From Octopus vulgaris (Eukaryota), in the NCBI GenBank assembly GCA_951406725.2, contig OX597816.1, positions 166,346,001 through 166,410,000 of the forward strand: DNA of 64,000 nucleotides, read 5' to 3'. Of the stretch, positions 1 to 12,207 are shown in pieces. How positions within the stretch are numbered: the first letter of the stretch is position 1; each line of letters starts with the position of its first letter. Under the pieces are notes generated by a model that was given only the letters and a program-made list of their open reading frames with translations, did not search any database and was not told the DNA's origin. A program made the position numbers and the translations under genes.

Positions 1-225
1 ATTGGTTTTATTTTATTTTATTTAGTGTTCTTGGTCAATTTCACACACGTCTTGCATTCCGGAAAGGAAATTAAATACGTACGTAAACGGACATACATAT
101 CTGCGAACATATACATAAATACGTACATACCGGATTTTAAAAATCTCTACATTCCTATTAAGCTGTCTGAAAGACTAGCCAAATCTTCCTCAAAAAAATT
201 TACCATCACGTTGGTCACTGCGGCC

Positions 226-256
<31 letters not shown>

Positions 257-504
257 TGTATGTATGTATGTATGTATGTATGTATGTATGTATGTATGTA
301 TGCTATTGTGCAGTTTTATTTCAATATTTCTTGCCAATGGAGAAAGGGCCGGTTCCTCACCTAGATCCAAGGCTTCTTCATTGGAATTTCAACATCAACA
401 ACAGGGTATTTTTGTGTGTATGTATGTATGTATGTGTGCAGATTTGTATGTTTTGCTTTATGTATGTATTCTCATGCATATAGTTGCATATCTAGACATA
501 CTCA

Positions 505-1170
505 AATGCATTCAAATTATAAACTGGAAAGTTTTACAGATTCTTTTTACAGTTCTACTGATGGATTGGATCTATACTCTCCGAATTAGCTTTCTCCTTT
601 CTGGTTTTGAGAAGCCCAATTTCTCAAGATTGGTATTTAGGCAGTGTGTTATGTATCACAGGGCCCCAATAATTACAGGTGTAAACCTGAACTTGTAATC
701 TGGATAGAGTAACTGCAAATTTCTCAATAGTTCAGGATAGCTGTTCCCTTGTCATTGATCCCCATGGGAAGCTAATTGATCCTCATGGGAAGCTAATTTC
801 CACAACTGTGCACAGTTTCTTTTCTCTATCCCAATCCATTATATCAGGTCTGTTGTGCTTACATTTTATTGAGATCTTCACTAGTACATTCCACCAATAC
901 TCCTTTTTATTATGAGTGGCTATGGCTTCTACCATATTGTGGGTTCTTATTTCTTTGTCCTCGGGATTATCCTTCCGACGGATTTCATTATAGAGTGTCC
1001 TAGTTACATCATGTTTCATTGTTAAGTAATACCGTGATGACATTTTCGGACAACTACTTATGATGTGGTTGATATCTTCGTTGTTAACTCCACAAAGTCT
1101 GCATCAGTTGTCATATTTTGCTGCTTTTCCTGCATCTCTGTCCCTTTTGTGCATCAGGTATTTGGTTGAT
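505..1170 (-). mobile_element. 3' fragment of an R4/Dong-type (restriction-like endonuclease) non-LTR retrotransposon, degenerate
   Basis: The minus strand reads CRLCGVNNEDINHIISSCPK (CCHC knuckle), HNRPDI..D.EKKLCTVVEIS (RLE motif) and PVIIGAL, with stops and frameshifts. Confidence 0.8.
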
Positions 1171-1242
1171 GTGTATGTATGTATGTATGTATGTATGTAT
1201 GTATGTATGTATGTATGTATGTATACATATATGTATATATAC

Positions 1243-1289
<47 letters not shown>

Positions 1290-1959
1290 CTGCACCTATA
1301 ACCAGTCGGCAGAAGATCTACCCGGGGTTAAAACGTTAACAACATCGAAGAGCCATATTGATTAACTTTACTTGTCAGTATAATTACTTCTCTCATCTCT
1401 TATTGAGATTTTCCAACTGGCTACTTTGTTGCAAATCGGTGACCGAAGGTCACTTTGTTTTCTATATATTGCGAGCTGGAGCAGATTCTGGCCATCTGTC
1501 CAGCGGCGGAAATGTTAGCGACTGATGATGAGCAAAAATACCTCGAAACCGAGTCGGTCTCGCCATCCTGTCGTCTGCTAGAGGATGGTAGAGGCTCTTT
1601 CCCTTGCTAGCAGTATTTACAGGGTACAGGCTACACCTGTAAACTAGCTGGCAGAAGACCTGCCTGGGGTTAAACAAGTAGTAACATCGAAGGGCCATAT
1701 TGATGTGGCGATTAACTTTACTTGTTAGTATAGTTACTATTCTCATCTCTTATTTATAATTTGGTGTGCAGACTCTGAAGAGGATAGCATTTATTTTAAG
1801 AACGTTCAATTATTATCTCTGGATCAATAGATCGATTCAGTGAACAGAACAGAAAAATGAACCTATAATGTATACCAAAATTTTTAAAAAAAACACCTGT
1901 AAGTCAAAAATGCACAAATAGAGAAATATCTAAAGCCTATTGTTTATACCTTTTCTTGG

Positions 1960-2229
1960 TATATATATATATATATATACAAATTGAGATAGGGGTTGTA
2001 AAAGCAACCCTCTATGGGATAACGTATATCCAATATACTGCTAGTGAAGTACCCAACGAAGTTAATACATAAATGTTAATGATTACGATGCAATCAATTC
2101 ATTTACTGTATCATATGGGCAAAGGTAAAATGATTTACCACAAATTACTAATACAAGATAAGAAAATGGAGAAATACATCTAAATCAAATTGATATTTGA
2201 TTTAGATGTATTTCTCCATTTTCTTATCT

Positions 2230-2260
<31 letters not shown>
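1960..2260. mobile_element. (TA)n-flanked element ending in a perfect 40-bp fold-back
   Basis: Arms at 2151-2190 and 2195-2234 are exact reverse complements. The flank ATACCTTTTCTTGGTATATA occurs on both sides (~1946 and 2261). Confidence 0.6.
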
Positions 2261-2268
<8 letters not shown>

Positions 2269-2552
2269 TCTTGGTATATATATACATATATATATATATA
2301 TATACTTGGAATTTACAAAAAAAAATGACGAAGACGGGTGTGTAAACAACAAACAGATGTGTTAGATTAACGCTCGGGAAAGTGAGAGTCTTCTACGTTT
2401 CGAGCCTATGCTCTTCGACAGAAAGGAACACGAGAAAATAAAGAGAAAGAATTAAAAAAATAAAAAAGAAAGGTTTAGTGGCTGGCGATCAATCGTGGCG
2501 ATACCATACACACACACACACAAATACATACATACATACATACATACATACA

Positions 2553-2600
<48 letters not shown>

Positions 2601-2601
2601 C

Positions 2602-2632
<31 letters not shown>

Positions 2633-2850
2633 TGTATGCCCACTTCAGTATACGGTACACTTAGTGAAACCAGTAAAGACACGACTATCTCTGACAGCCT
2701 ACTACGTACTCTGGTACTTCACGTACTTCTTTCTACTCCTAGCGACTAGATTATTCCATACTCGTCATGTGGGAGGGGTGTGGCATTATTATTAATTCTC
2801 TACAAGAGTATGTATTTACATATATATATATACATATATATGTGTGTGTG

Positions 2851-2924
<74 letters not shown>

Positions 2925-3460
2925 AATGTGTATTTATGTGTATATATGTGGGGGTTGAGCGAGACTAAGCTGTCCGGGAGACTTTCCGAAGGGTTCATGA
3001 CACTGTTCTTCAAAATCTACTGAGAAGTCTTTGGCCGGCACGGAACTACAGTAAATAACTCGTACCCAAGATACCATGAAGTAGGACTGAACCGAGAACC
3101 ATGAGGTTGGGAAGCAAGCTTCTTAGCACACAGTCACACCTGTTAGAAGTATCAGTTCAATGGGACAAATGATAACTTACAAGATAAACTGATTGGAATC
3201 GATTACTCAGGTCGAAACAAAATGTGAAGGGATACTCAAGATATAGATAAACAGTGCGAACAAATAAATAACTTACCTTTAATCTCGCTTCCACACCAGT
3301 TTCAATAAAATATTATTTTCTAAATTTGATACAGGTTTAGCAAATTTGAGGGGATGGTCAAATCGATTTCAGCAACCTCAGCACTCAGCCTCAGTAGGAT
3401 TTGAAATCAGAACCTAGAGATAGAAGATACGCCTCTAAGTTCTTTTTTCGTTTTTTTCTT

Positions 3461-3941
3461 AGGAGTAGGAGTAGTTGTGTGGTAAGTAGCTAGCTTACCA
3501 ACCACATGGTCCCGGGTTCAGTACCACTGCATTGCACCTTGGGCAAGTGTCTTCTACTATAGCCTCAGGCCGACCAAAGCCTTGTGAGTGGATTTGGTAG
3601 ATGGAAAACTGAAAGAAGTCCTTCGTATATATGTATATATATGTGTATGTGTGTGTATATGTTTGTGTGTCTGTGTTTGTCCCTCCAACATCACTTGACA
3701 GCCGATGCTGGTGTTTACAACCTTTCTTTACCTCCAAACACCTGTGTGTATGTGTGTGTGTGTGTGTGTGGTAAGTAGCTTGCTTACCAATCACATGGTT
3801 CCGGATTCAGTCTCACTACGTGGCACCTTAGGCAAGTGTCTTCTACTATAGCCTCGGGCCGACCAAAGCCTTGTGAGCGGATTTGGTAGACGGAAACTGA
3901 ATGAAGCTCGCTGTATATGTGTGTGTATCTATATATATATA

Positions 3942-3981
<40 letters not shown>

Positions 3982-4205
3982 CGTTCATGTGTCTGTGTAT
4001 GCCCCCCCCTCAACATTGCTTGACAATCAATGCTGGTTTGTTTGCGTCCCCGTAAATTAGCGGTTCGGCAAAAAAGAGACCGATAGAATAAGTACTAGAC
4101 TTACAAAGAGTAAGTCCTGTGGTCGATTTGCTCGACTAAATGCGGTGCTCCAGCATGGCCACAGTCAAATGACTGAAACAAGTAAAAGAGTAAAAGAGTA
4201 AAAGA
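3461..4205 (+). mobile_element. Two adjacent copies of SINE family 1 (tRNA-derived head, CORE-like CCTTGGGCAAGT segment, internal microsatellite)
   Basis: B-box-like GGTTCAGTCCC head, shared body and an (AGTAAAAG)n tail, seen in many copies across the window. Confidence 0.85.
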
Positions 4206-5099
4206 ATGCGTTAATGGTTCTGCGAGCTAACCACCTTCTTTCGTCTCTTACTATTTAAGACTATTTCAAACAGACACCAACACAAAAACCTTTTATCAAA
4301 ACCCGTTTTTTCAAAGGATTTATACATATTGTCAACGCTTTTAGAAGGTCGAGGTGCTTTTTTCTTGCATTTCTTTTCATTTTTTTTTTGTAGATACTTT
4401 TTTCTGTTCATTTCTTTTTACTTCTTTCTCTCTGTTCACTGTCATTCAACCAATTGCAATATTTCTGCTGACAGGTTGTCGGAATTTTATCTAGTTTATT
4501 AAAGATATTTGTATTAAATAGTATTGGTTTATTCTCTCAGCCCTTATAGTACAGAAAGGGTGGACTTCAGCACTGAGTAAGCAGCAGTCATGAATAAACA
4601 AAATTTGAAAATGAAAAACAAAAAAAAACAACAAAAAAAAAACAATACCAAAAAGAGAGAAATCGGAGTAAAAAAAAATGCTTAAATAAACACTATCAAA
4701 ATGTAAAACACTTCGAATATTTGAGAGGCAGGAAGATATCTTCGTCGTCGTCGTTGTTGGTTTTGGGGGTTGTCACTGTTATTGTGGTGGTGGTGGTGGT
4801 GGTGGTGGTGGTGTTGTGGTGGTGGTGGTGGTGGTGGTGATGTTTCAAAATTAGATGACCACAGGTGCTAGTTTCCGGAATGCCCCGAACGAAGGAATGA
4901 TGGCACAGCGCACTGTATACATTGTTAGACACTGTAACACACTGTGTTAGGATGTCGTTTAACCCCGGGTCAACCGTTATCGGCAGACCTCTAATAAAAG
5001 GTGGTCGAAACGTGACAATTCCATCTTCAGTAAGGCGAAATATATTTTCACACTCCTTCCTCCTTTACCTCCAAATAACTCTGTGTGTGTGTGTGTGTG

Positions 5100-5235
5100 T
5101 GTGCGGTAAGTAGATTGCTTACCAACCACATGGTCCCGGGTTCAGTCCCACTGCGTGGCACCTTGGGCAAGTGTCTTCTACTATAGCCTCGGGTCGACTA
5201 AAGCCTTGTGACTGAATTTGGTAAAGCAGCCCGTC

Positions 5236-5311
<76 letters not shown>

Positions 5312-5535
5312 GTATGCGTGTTTGTGCGTCTGTGTTTGTTCCCCCAACATCGCTTGACAACCGATGCTGGTGTGTTTACGTCCCCGTAACTTAGCGGTTC
5401 CGCAAAAGAGTCCCATAGAATAAGTACTAGGCTTACAAAGAATAAGTCCTGGGGTCGATTTGCTCGACTAAAGGTGGTGCTTCAGCATGGCCACAGTCAA
5501 ATGACTGAAACAAGTAAAAGAGTAAAGAGTAAGAG
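5100..5535 (+). mobile_element. SINE family 1, full-length
   Basis: Same head, internal (TA)n and tail as the other copies. Confidence 0.85.
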
Positions 5536-5786
5536 TATTTTCTTGTTTATCTTTTTTCCAACATTTTCCATATTTTAAGATCACATTTTAACTGGAGTAA
5601 ATTTTGACTAAAGTCTTCAATATTCTTAGAATAGCGGATTGAAATGTGCGCTAAAACATTTGTTTTTACTTTGGTTTTTCAGTTCTTAAATCATCGATAT
5701 CAATTGCCTCTGTTCTTTCGATTGCTGTGTTAATTAATGATGGAGAATAACGTCTTCTAATGAAAAAATTGTTCGTTCCTCTAGTC

Positions 5787-6422
5787 CAGAGGTTCTCAGA
5801 CTTTTTAGGCCACCGCCCACCTCATGGCCACATAATACCCTCAGCGACCCCACCCCTATTTCTATGTATAAATAGATATTATATAATTTACTAATTTCTT
5901 TATGTGGAGGCGCAACGGGCAGCAGACTCGCGGTCGGAGGATCGCGGTTTCGATTCCCAGACCGGGCGTTGTGAGTGTTTATTGAGCAAAAACACCTAAA
6001 GCTCCACGAGGCTCCGGCAGGAGGTGGTGGCGACCCCTGTTGTACTCTTTAGCCCCAACTTACTCTCACTCTTTCTTCCTGTTTCTTGAGTAACGCTGCG
6101 ATGGACTGGCATTCCGTCCAGCTGGGGGGAACACATACGCCACAGAAACCGGGCCCATGAGCCTGGCTAGGCCTGAAAAGGGCGCATAAAAAAATAAATA
6201 AAATTTCTATATACTATGAATCATTTGATATTTAATATAATTTATATACAATACTATAATAATATTATAATAAATTCATAGCGTCCCCCAATCCACTGTT
6301 TTCCTCCCAACTCCTCTTTTTTCTCTACCGCTCCACCCCCATCACCCCCTTAGAGACCAGCGCCCATCTGGACCGTCTCAATGCCCACCGTGGGGCGGTA
6401 GCGCCTATTTTGAGAACCTATG
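5787..6422. mobile_element. hAT-type non-autonomous element with a nested family 2 SINE (~5906-6200)
   Basis: TIRs CAGAGGTTCTCAGA and TTTGAGAACCTATG, with an exact 8-bp TSD CTCTAGTC at 5779-5786 and 6423-6430. Confidence 0.85.
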
Positions 6423-6552
6423 CTCTAGTCCTTTCTTTTGGGTGCTTGGATTTGATACAATGACTCACATTCGTTTAGCTAGATTCTGCAAGGTATGATC
6501 ATTTGTGTGACATGAAGTAAAAATTATTGTCTTCGATCTATTGGTTTATCGT

Positions 6553-6932
6553 GACACTCCGTCGGTTGCGACGACGAGGGTTCCAGTTGATCCGATCTAC
6601 GGAACAGCCGGCTCGTGAAATTAACGTGCAAGTGGCTGAGCACTCCACAGACACGTGTACCCTTAACGTAGTTCTCGGGGGAGATTCAGCGTGACACAGT
6701 GTGTGACAAGGCTGGCCCTTTGAAATACAGGTACAACAGAAATAGGAAGAAAGTGTGAGAGAAATTTGTGGTGAAAGGGTACAGCAGGGTTGGCTACCAC
6801 CCCCTGCCGGAGCCACGTGGGACAATTGGTGTTTTCTCTCAATGAACACTCACAACACCCGGTGTGGGAATCGAAACCACGATCCTACGACCGCGAGTCC
6901 GCTGCCCTAACCACTGGGCCATTGCGCCTCCA
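6553..6932 (-). mobile_element. SINE family 2 (tRNA-derived), full-length
   Basis: The minus strand begins GGAGGCGCAATGGCCCAGTGGTTAGG (A box) ... GGTTTCGATTCCC (B box). The 3' body is shared with more than 10 other copies. Confidence 0.85.
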
Positions 6933-6989
6933 CCTTGATTTGTAATATACATCTGTCTCCATCATATTCTGTATTTTTCATTACTGTTA

Positions 6990-7404
6990 GGCACATGCGT
7001 GGTTCTGTGGTAAGAAGCTTGCTTCCCAGCCACATGGTTCCGGGTTCAGTTCCACTGCGTACCCTTTGGAGAAATGTCTTCTACTATAGCCTCGGGCTGA
7101 CCAAAGCCTTGTGAGTGAATTTGGTAGACGGAAACTAAAAGGAGCCCGTTGTATGTGTGTGTGTGTGTCTGCGCGTGTGTGTGTGTGTGTGTGTACGTGT
7201 GTTTGTGCGAGTGTGCTTGTCACCCATCACCGCTCGGAAACCGGTGTTGGTATGTTTACGTCCCCGTAATTCAGCAGTTCAGCAAAAGACACCGATAGAA
7301 TAAATACCAGGTATAGAAGAAAGAAGTACCGATTCATATGGCTAAAAGTTCTTCAAGGTGACGCCCCAGCATGACCACAGGCTGATGACTGAAACAAGTA
7401 AAAG

Positions 7405-7405
<1 letters not shown>
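6990..7405 (+). mobile_element. SINE family 1, diverged
   Basis: Homologous to the other family 1 copies. Confidence 0.8.
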
Positions 7406-7443
<38 letters not shown>

Positions 7444-7589
7444 ATGACGACAGACGAATGGTGATCGATGGTTGCGAGGTTACAACATTCTTGTAATGCA
7501 GAGGTAAACAACGAAGACAACAAAAGCGAGATTTATTACTGTCTGTATTGTAATGTAGAGACAGACCACTACTGCCCTCTAGTGAGGTA

Positions 7590-7980
7590 ACAGTGGTGGT
7601 GGTGGTGGTGGTTGTGGAAGTGGTGGTGGTTGTGGTGGTGGTGGTGGTGGTGGTGGTGGTGGGGGTTGTGGTGGTAGTTGTGGTTGTGGTGGTGGTGGAG
7701 GTGGTGGTGGTGGGGTAGTTGTGGTTGTGGTGGTAGTGGTAGTGGTGGTGGTGGTTGTGGTGGTTGTAGTTGTGGTGGAGGTGATGGCGATGGCGGCGGT
7801 GGTGGTGGTGGTGATAGTAGTAGAGTTGGTGGTGGCGAATTATAAAGCTGTTGGTGATAATAGTAGCGAGGAGGGAGAGGGGAGGAGAAGAAAGAAGAGG
7901 TGGTAGTGGTGGTGGTGGTGGTGGTGGAAGAAGAGGAGGAGGAGGAAGAAGAGGAAAGGGAAGAGGAGGGGCTTATATTG

Positions 7981-8013
<33 letters not shown>

Positions 8014-8050
8014 CGACGACGATGATGATGATGGAGATGATGACGATGGA

Positions 8051-8091
<41 letters not shown>

Positions 8092-8092
8092 C

Positions 8093-8166
<74 letters not shown>
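7590..8166. repeat. Compound trinucleotide microsatellite (GGT)n/(GGA)n/(GAT)n
   Basis: Directly visible. It produces the poly-V, poly-M, poly-S and poly-I ORFs. Confidence 0.95.
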
Positions 8167-8677
8167 CATTGTCAACGACACTGACGATGCATAACAATAC
8201 AACAATGTCAAACAACCTCGCATATCAACTAAATCGCAACCCACCATTTACCCTCTATCACGTTCCATGGAGTTTCGATAAGCTCCAAATTCCGTCAGCA
8301 AATATGAAACACTGTTAGAAGAGAGATGAAAGGACCAAATGAAGGTTACCGACGGGAAATACATTGTCTCTAGCATTCCGACGAGAAAATCACTCCGAAA
8401 ATCCCATCCCCAAAACTATTTGAAACAACAAGTTTAATATCGATTTTCTCCGGACGCGGGGTACAGATAAGGGTGCATGGCTGAGAAAGCCTGCTTAGCA
8501 AATGTTCTGCATTATCTTGGGATTGTTAGAGATAGTTGTGGGGTAAGACGTTTGCTTCCCAACCACCTGGTTTCGGGTTCATTCCCACTGCGTGGTACTT
8601 TCGGCCTTCTATTATAGCCTTGGGCCCACCAAAGCCTTGTCAGTAAATTTGGTAGACAGAAACTAAAAGAAGCCTGT

Positions 8678-8721
<44 letters not shown>

Positions 8722-8722
<1 letters not shown>

Positions 8723-9110
8723 TCTTTACTCTTTTTACTCTTTTATTTGTTTCAGTCATTTGACTGCTGGAGCACCACCTTTAGTCGAGCAAATCGACCC
8801 CAGGGCTTATTCTTTGTAACCCTAGTACTTATTCTATCGGTCTCTTTTGCCGAACCGCTAAGTTACGGGGACGTAAATACACCAGCATCGGTTGTCAAGC
8901 GATGTTGGGGGGACAAACACAGACACACAAACACACACATATAAATATACATATATACGACGGGTTTCTTTCAGCTTCCGTCTACCAAATCCACTCACAA
9001 GGCTTTGGTCGGCCCGAAGACATTTGCCCAAGGTGCCACGCAGTGGGACTGAACTCGGAACCATGTGGTTCGTAAGCAAGCTACTTACCACACAACCACT
9101 CCTACGCCTA
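8722..9110 (-). mobile_element. SINE family 1
   Basis: Reverse complement of the family 1 head, body and tail. Confidence 0.85.
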
Positions 9111-9111
9111 C

Positions 9112-9174
<63 letters not shown>

Positions 9175-9207
9175 TAGATAGATAGATGTGTGTGTATGTA
9201 TGTATGT

Positions 9208-9238
<31 letters not shown>

Positions 9239-9728
9239 ATGTATGATTATGAGTGTGTCTTTGGGTTTCTGTATGTCTCCCACCATCGCTTGTATGTTTG
9301 TTTACGTCCCGTAACTTAACGCTTTGACAGTAGGCAGCAATGGAATAAGTGTCCGCCTTTAAAATGTTAAGTATCAATGTAGATTTCTTTGACAAAACTC
9401 AACGCTTCAAGGCGGTGCTCGAGCATGGCCGCCGTCCAGTGACTAAAGCAAGTAAAACAGAAAAGATATACGTCGAATAGTTAAAAAGGTATGTCAATCT
9501 GATGAAGCATCATTACATATTTAAACGGATTTGATTATTCTTGAAAATCTTCGTTTTATCAGTGAAGCGGAAACAGCTGTAATTTATGAGATGTGTCGTT
9601 TGTATAAAATATCTAAATCGAGTTGAATTTATAATCGTTCAATTTATTGTTTTGTTTTTCCATTTCTTATTTATATATATATATATATATATATACACGC
9701 ACACACACACATATATATATATATATGT

Positions 9729-9781
<53 letters not shown>

Positions 9782-9782
9782 T

Positions 9783-10089
9783 TACCGTGATCACCGTGAC
9801 CGACCAGGCTATCAGATGTTTCTACATATCGCTGGTCACAATGCGTTTTGCATTGTTTTAGCCGTCAAATGACGCCACCCCGCTGGCTAAGCGAGCAGGC
9901 CAACAGAAGAAGGAGTGACAGAAAGTTGTGGTGAAAGAGTACAGCAGAGATCACCACCACCCCCCGCCGGAGCCTCGTGGAGCTTTAGGTGTTTTCGCTC
10001 AATAAACACTCACAACGCTCGGTCTGGGAATTGAAACCGCGATCCTACGACCGCGAGTCCGCTTTCCCAACCTCTGGGCCATTGCGCCT

Positions 10090-10091
<2 letters not shown>
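9783..10091 (-). mobile_element. SINE family 2 head with an alternative 3' tail
   Basis: tRNA-like head shared with family 2 and a different 3' half, inserted in (TA)n. Confidence 0.75.
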
Positions 10092-10181
<90 letters not shown>

Positions 10182-10553
10182 TACAACAATGTATGTATAT
10201 GTATGTATAACACAGGTAGTTGAATTTAACCCTAGGCGTTAAGAGCCGCTCATGAGCATTAAAATGGTCTACATCAAAATCCGAAATCACGGTCTGGTTA
10301 TGTCTGCTGAGGATTTACATCCTTTATATATATATATGTAATTTTCTTTTTCCCCCTCCTCACATTTAAAAAAACATTTTTCTCTTTACAATTCTTGAAA
10401 AGTTACATTATGACGATAACCGGTTTGAATTAATATATATATATATATATATATATAAATTTTATCAATTTTTCAAAAAACTTTTTCCATACACCCATTT
10501 TCGTTAAAATTTTCTTTCAATTTAGCATTCTGCCTTTTTACAATTTTTCCTTG

Positions 10554-10599
<46 letters not shown>

Positions 10600-11540
10600 G
10601 CATCACAAGGCATTTCAGCAGGACTAAAGCCGAAACTATCCAATTGTAAGGCGAGCTATTTAACTCCACAACTATTTCTTATAATATGTATATTTTTTAT
10701 CATAAGTCATCAATTGCCTTCGCTCCTATATGGCGTTATACCTTCAACAATGCACCAGTTATAAATTCCACCATTCTTCAGGTTTTACATATATTGAGAC
10801 AGAGGTGAAGTTAATTGTACCTCTAAATCAAAAAGAATGTGAGGGGTGTGTATAACCGGTTTTAAATTTATTTCTCTTCGACGCTATGCAGTTATTTTTG
10901 GTGCAATCTTCAGATATTACATTTGCTCTGTACAAAAGCGTCTTTGTGAGGCATTCGCAATACAGTTGACAGAACGTGACATTGCAATTTCATTTGTATT
11001 TGGATGCTTCTGTTTCTATGATTTTGGTTATGTTGGGAAATTTGGGATGTGATTACGTCTAAACTATTGTAGCTAATTTTAAAATTGCTCTTATGTAAGA
11101 GTTTAAAATATACTTATGCGTGGCGATGAACAGTTTTCTTAACACGGACAAGTAATTATTAGCGGCAATAAATGCAAGATACATGCTGCAGAGAGATGGG
11201 AGAGTCATAAAGGTAAACTAAATACCATATAGGGTAAATTCTTGATTTGTTGAATTCATCTTCGCTTCGAAAGAAGAGAAGCAATTGCTTGTTGGTAGTT
11301 AAGACGACTTCGAACGAGAAGGGAAGAAATTCTCGGGAGTCAGAAATCCCATAAAAACGACGTAACATAAGGAACAAGGACAGTCTTCTTTTCTCGGAAA
11401 CTAGAAGATTCTGCCTCATTGGGTCTCGTGTGTGGGTGTACGTGTGTGTGTGCGCGTTCGTATGTGTGTGAGTGTGTGTGTATGTGCGTGTCATTTAGGC
11501 ATTTACTCACAAAATTAAGTCCACCATTAAGTCCGCCATA

Positions 11541-12160
11541 AGGCGGCGAGCTGGCAGAAACGTTAGCACGCCGGGCGAAATGCTTAGCGGTATTTCGTCT
11601 GCCGCTATGTTCTGAGTTCAAATTCCGGCGATGTCGACTTTGCCTTCCATCCTTTCGGGGTCGATTAAATGAGTACCAGTTACGCACTGGTGTCGAGATA
11701 ATCGACTTAATCCGTTTGACTGTCCTTGCTTGTCCTCTCTGTGTTTAACCCCTTGTGGGTAGTAAAGAAATAGGTATTTCGTCTGCCGCTACGTTCTGAG
11801 TTCAAATTCCGCCGAGGTTTACTTTACCTTTCATCCTTTCGGGGTTGATAAATAAAGTACCAGTTATGCACTGGGGTTGATGTAATCGATTTAATATACT
11901 TGTCTGTCCTTGTTTGTCCCCTCTATGTTTAGCCCCTTTTGGGCAATAAATAAATATGAATCGTTAGCACGCCGGGTGAAGTGTTTAGCAGTATTTCGTC
12001 TGCCACTACGTTATGAGTTCGAGTTCCGCCGAGGTCGACTTTGCCTTTCATCCTTTCGGGGTAGATAAATTAAGTACAAGTGAAACACAGTGGTTCTATA
12101 TAATCGACTAGCCCCTTCTTTAAAATTTCAACGCCTTGTACCTTTAGTAGAAAGGATTAT
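11541..12160 (+). mobile_element. SINE family 3 multimer (tRNA-derived, Nin/Deu-like core)
   Basis: Head GGCGGCGAGCTGGCAGAAACGTTAGCACG, B box GAGTTCAAATTC, core GCCTTTCATCCTTTCGGGGTCGAT..AAGTACCAG. Confidence 0.8.
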
Positions 12161-12207
12161 TTCATTGAGAAGGTTTCAAATCTCACTAGACTGGATTCGA
12201 TATAATT

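Noticed and set aside
3175-3325. Minus-strand GTAAGT donors suggesting small exons
   Set aside because: The best candidate has stops in all frames and there is no supporting partner exon.
4540-4600. Plus-strand acceptor, short frame and AATAAA resembling a terminal exon
   Set aside because: Too short, no recognisable peptide and no upstream exon identified.
10740-11060. Unique sequence with an exon-like look on the minus strand
   Set aside because: All frames contain stops and there is no recognisable homology.
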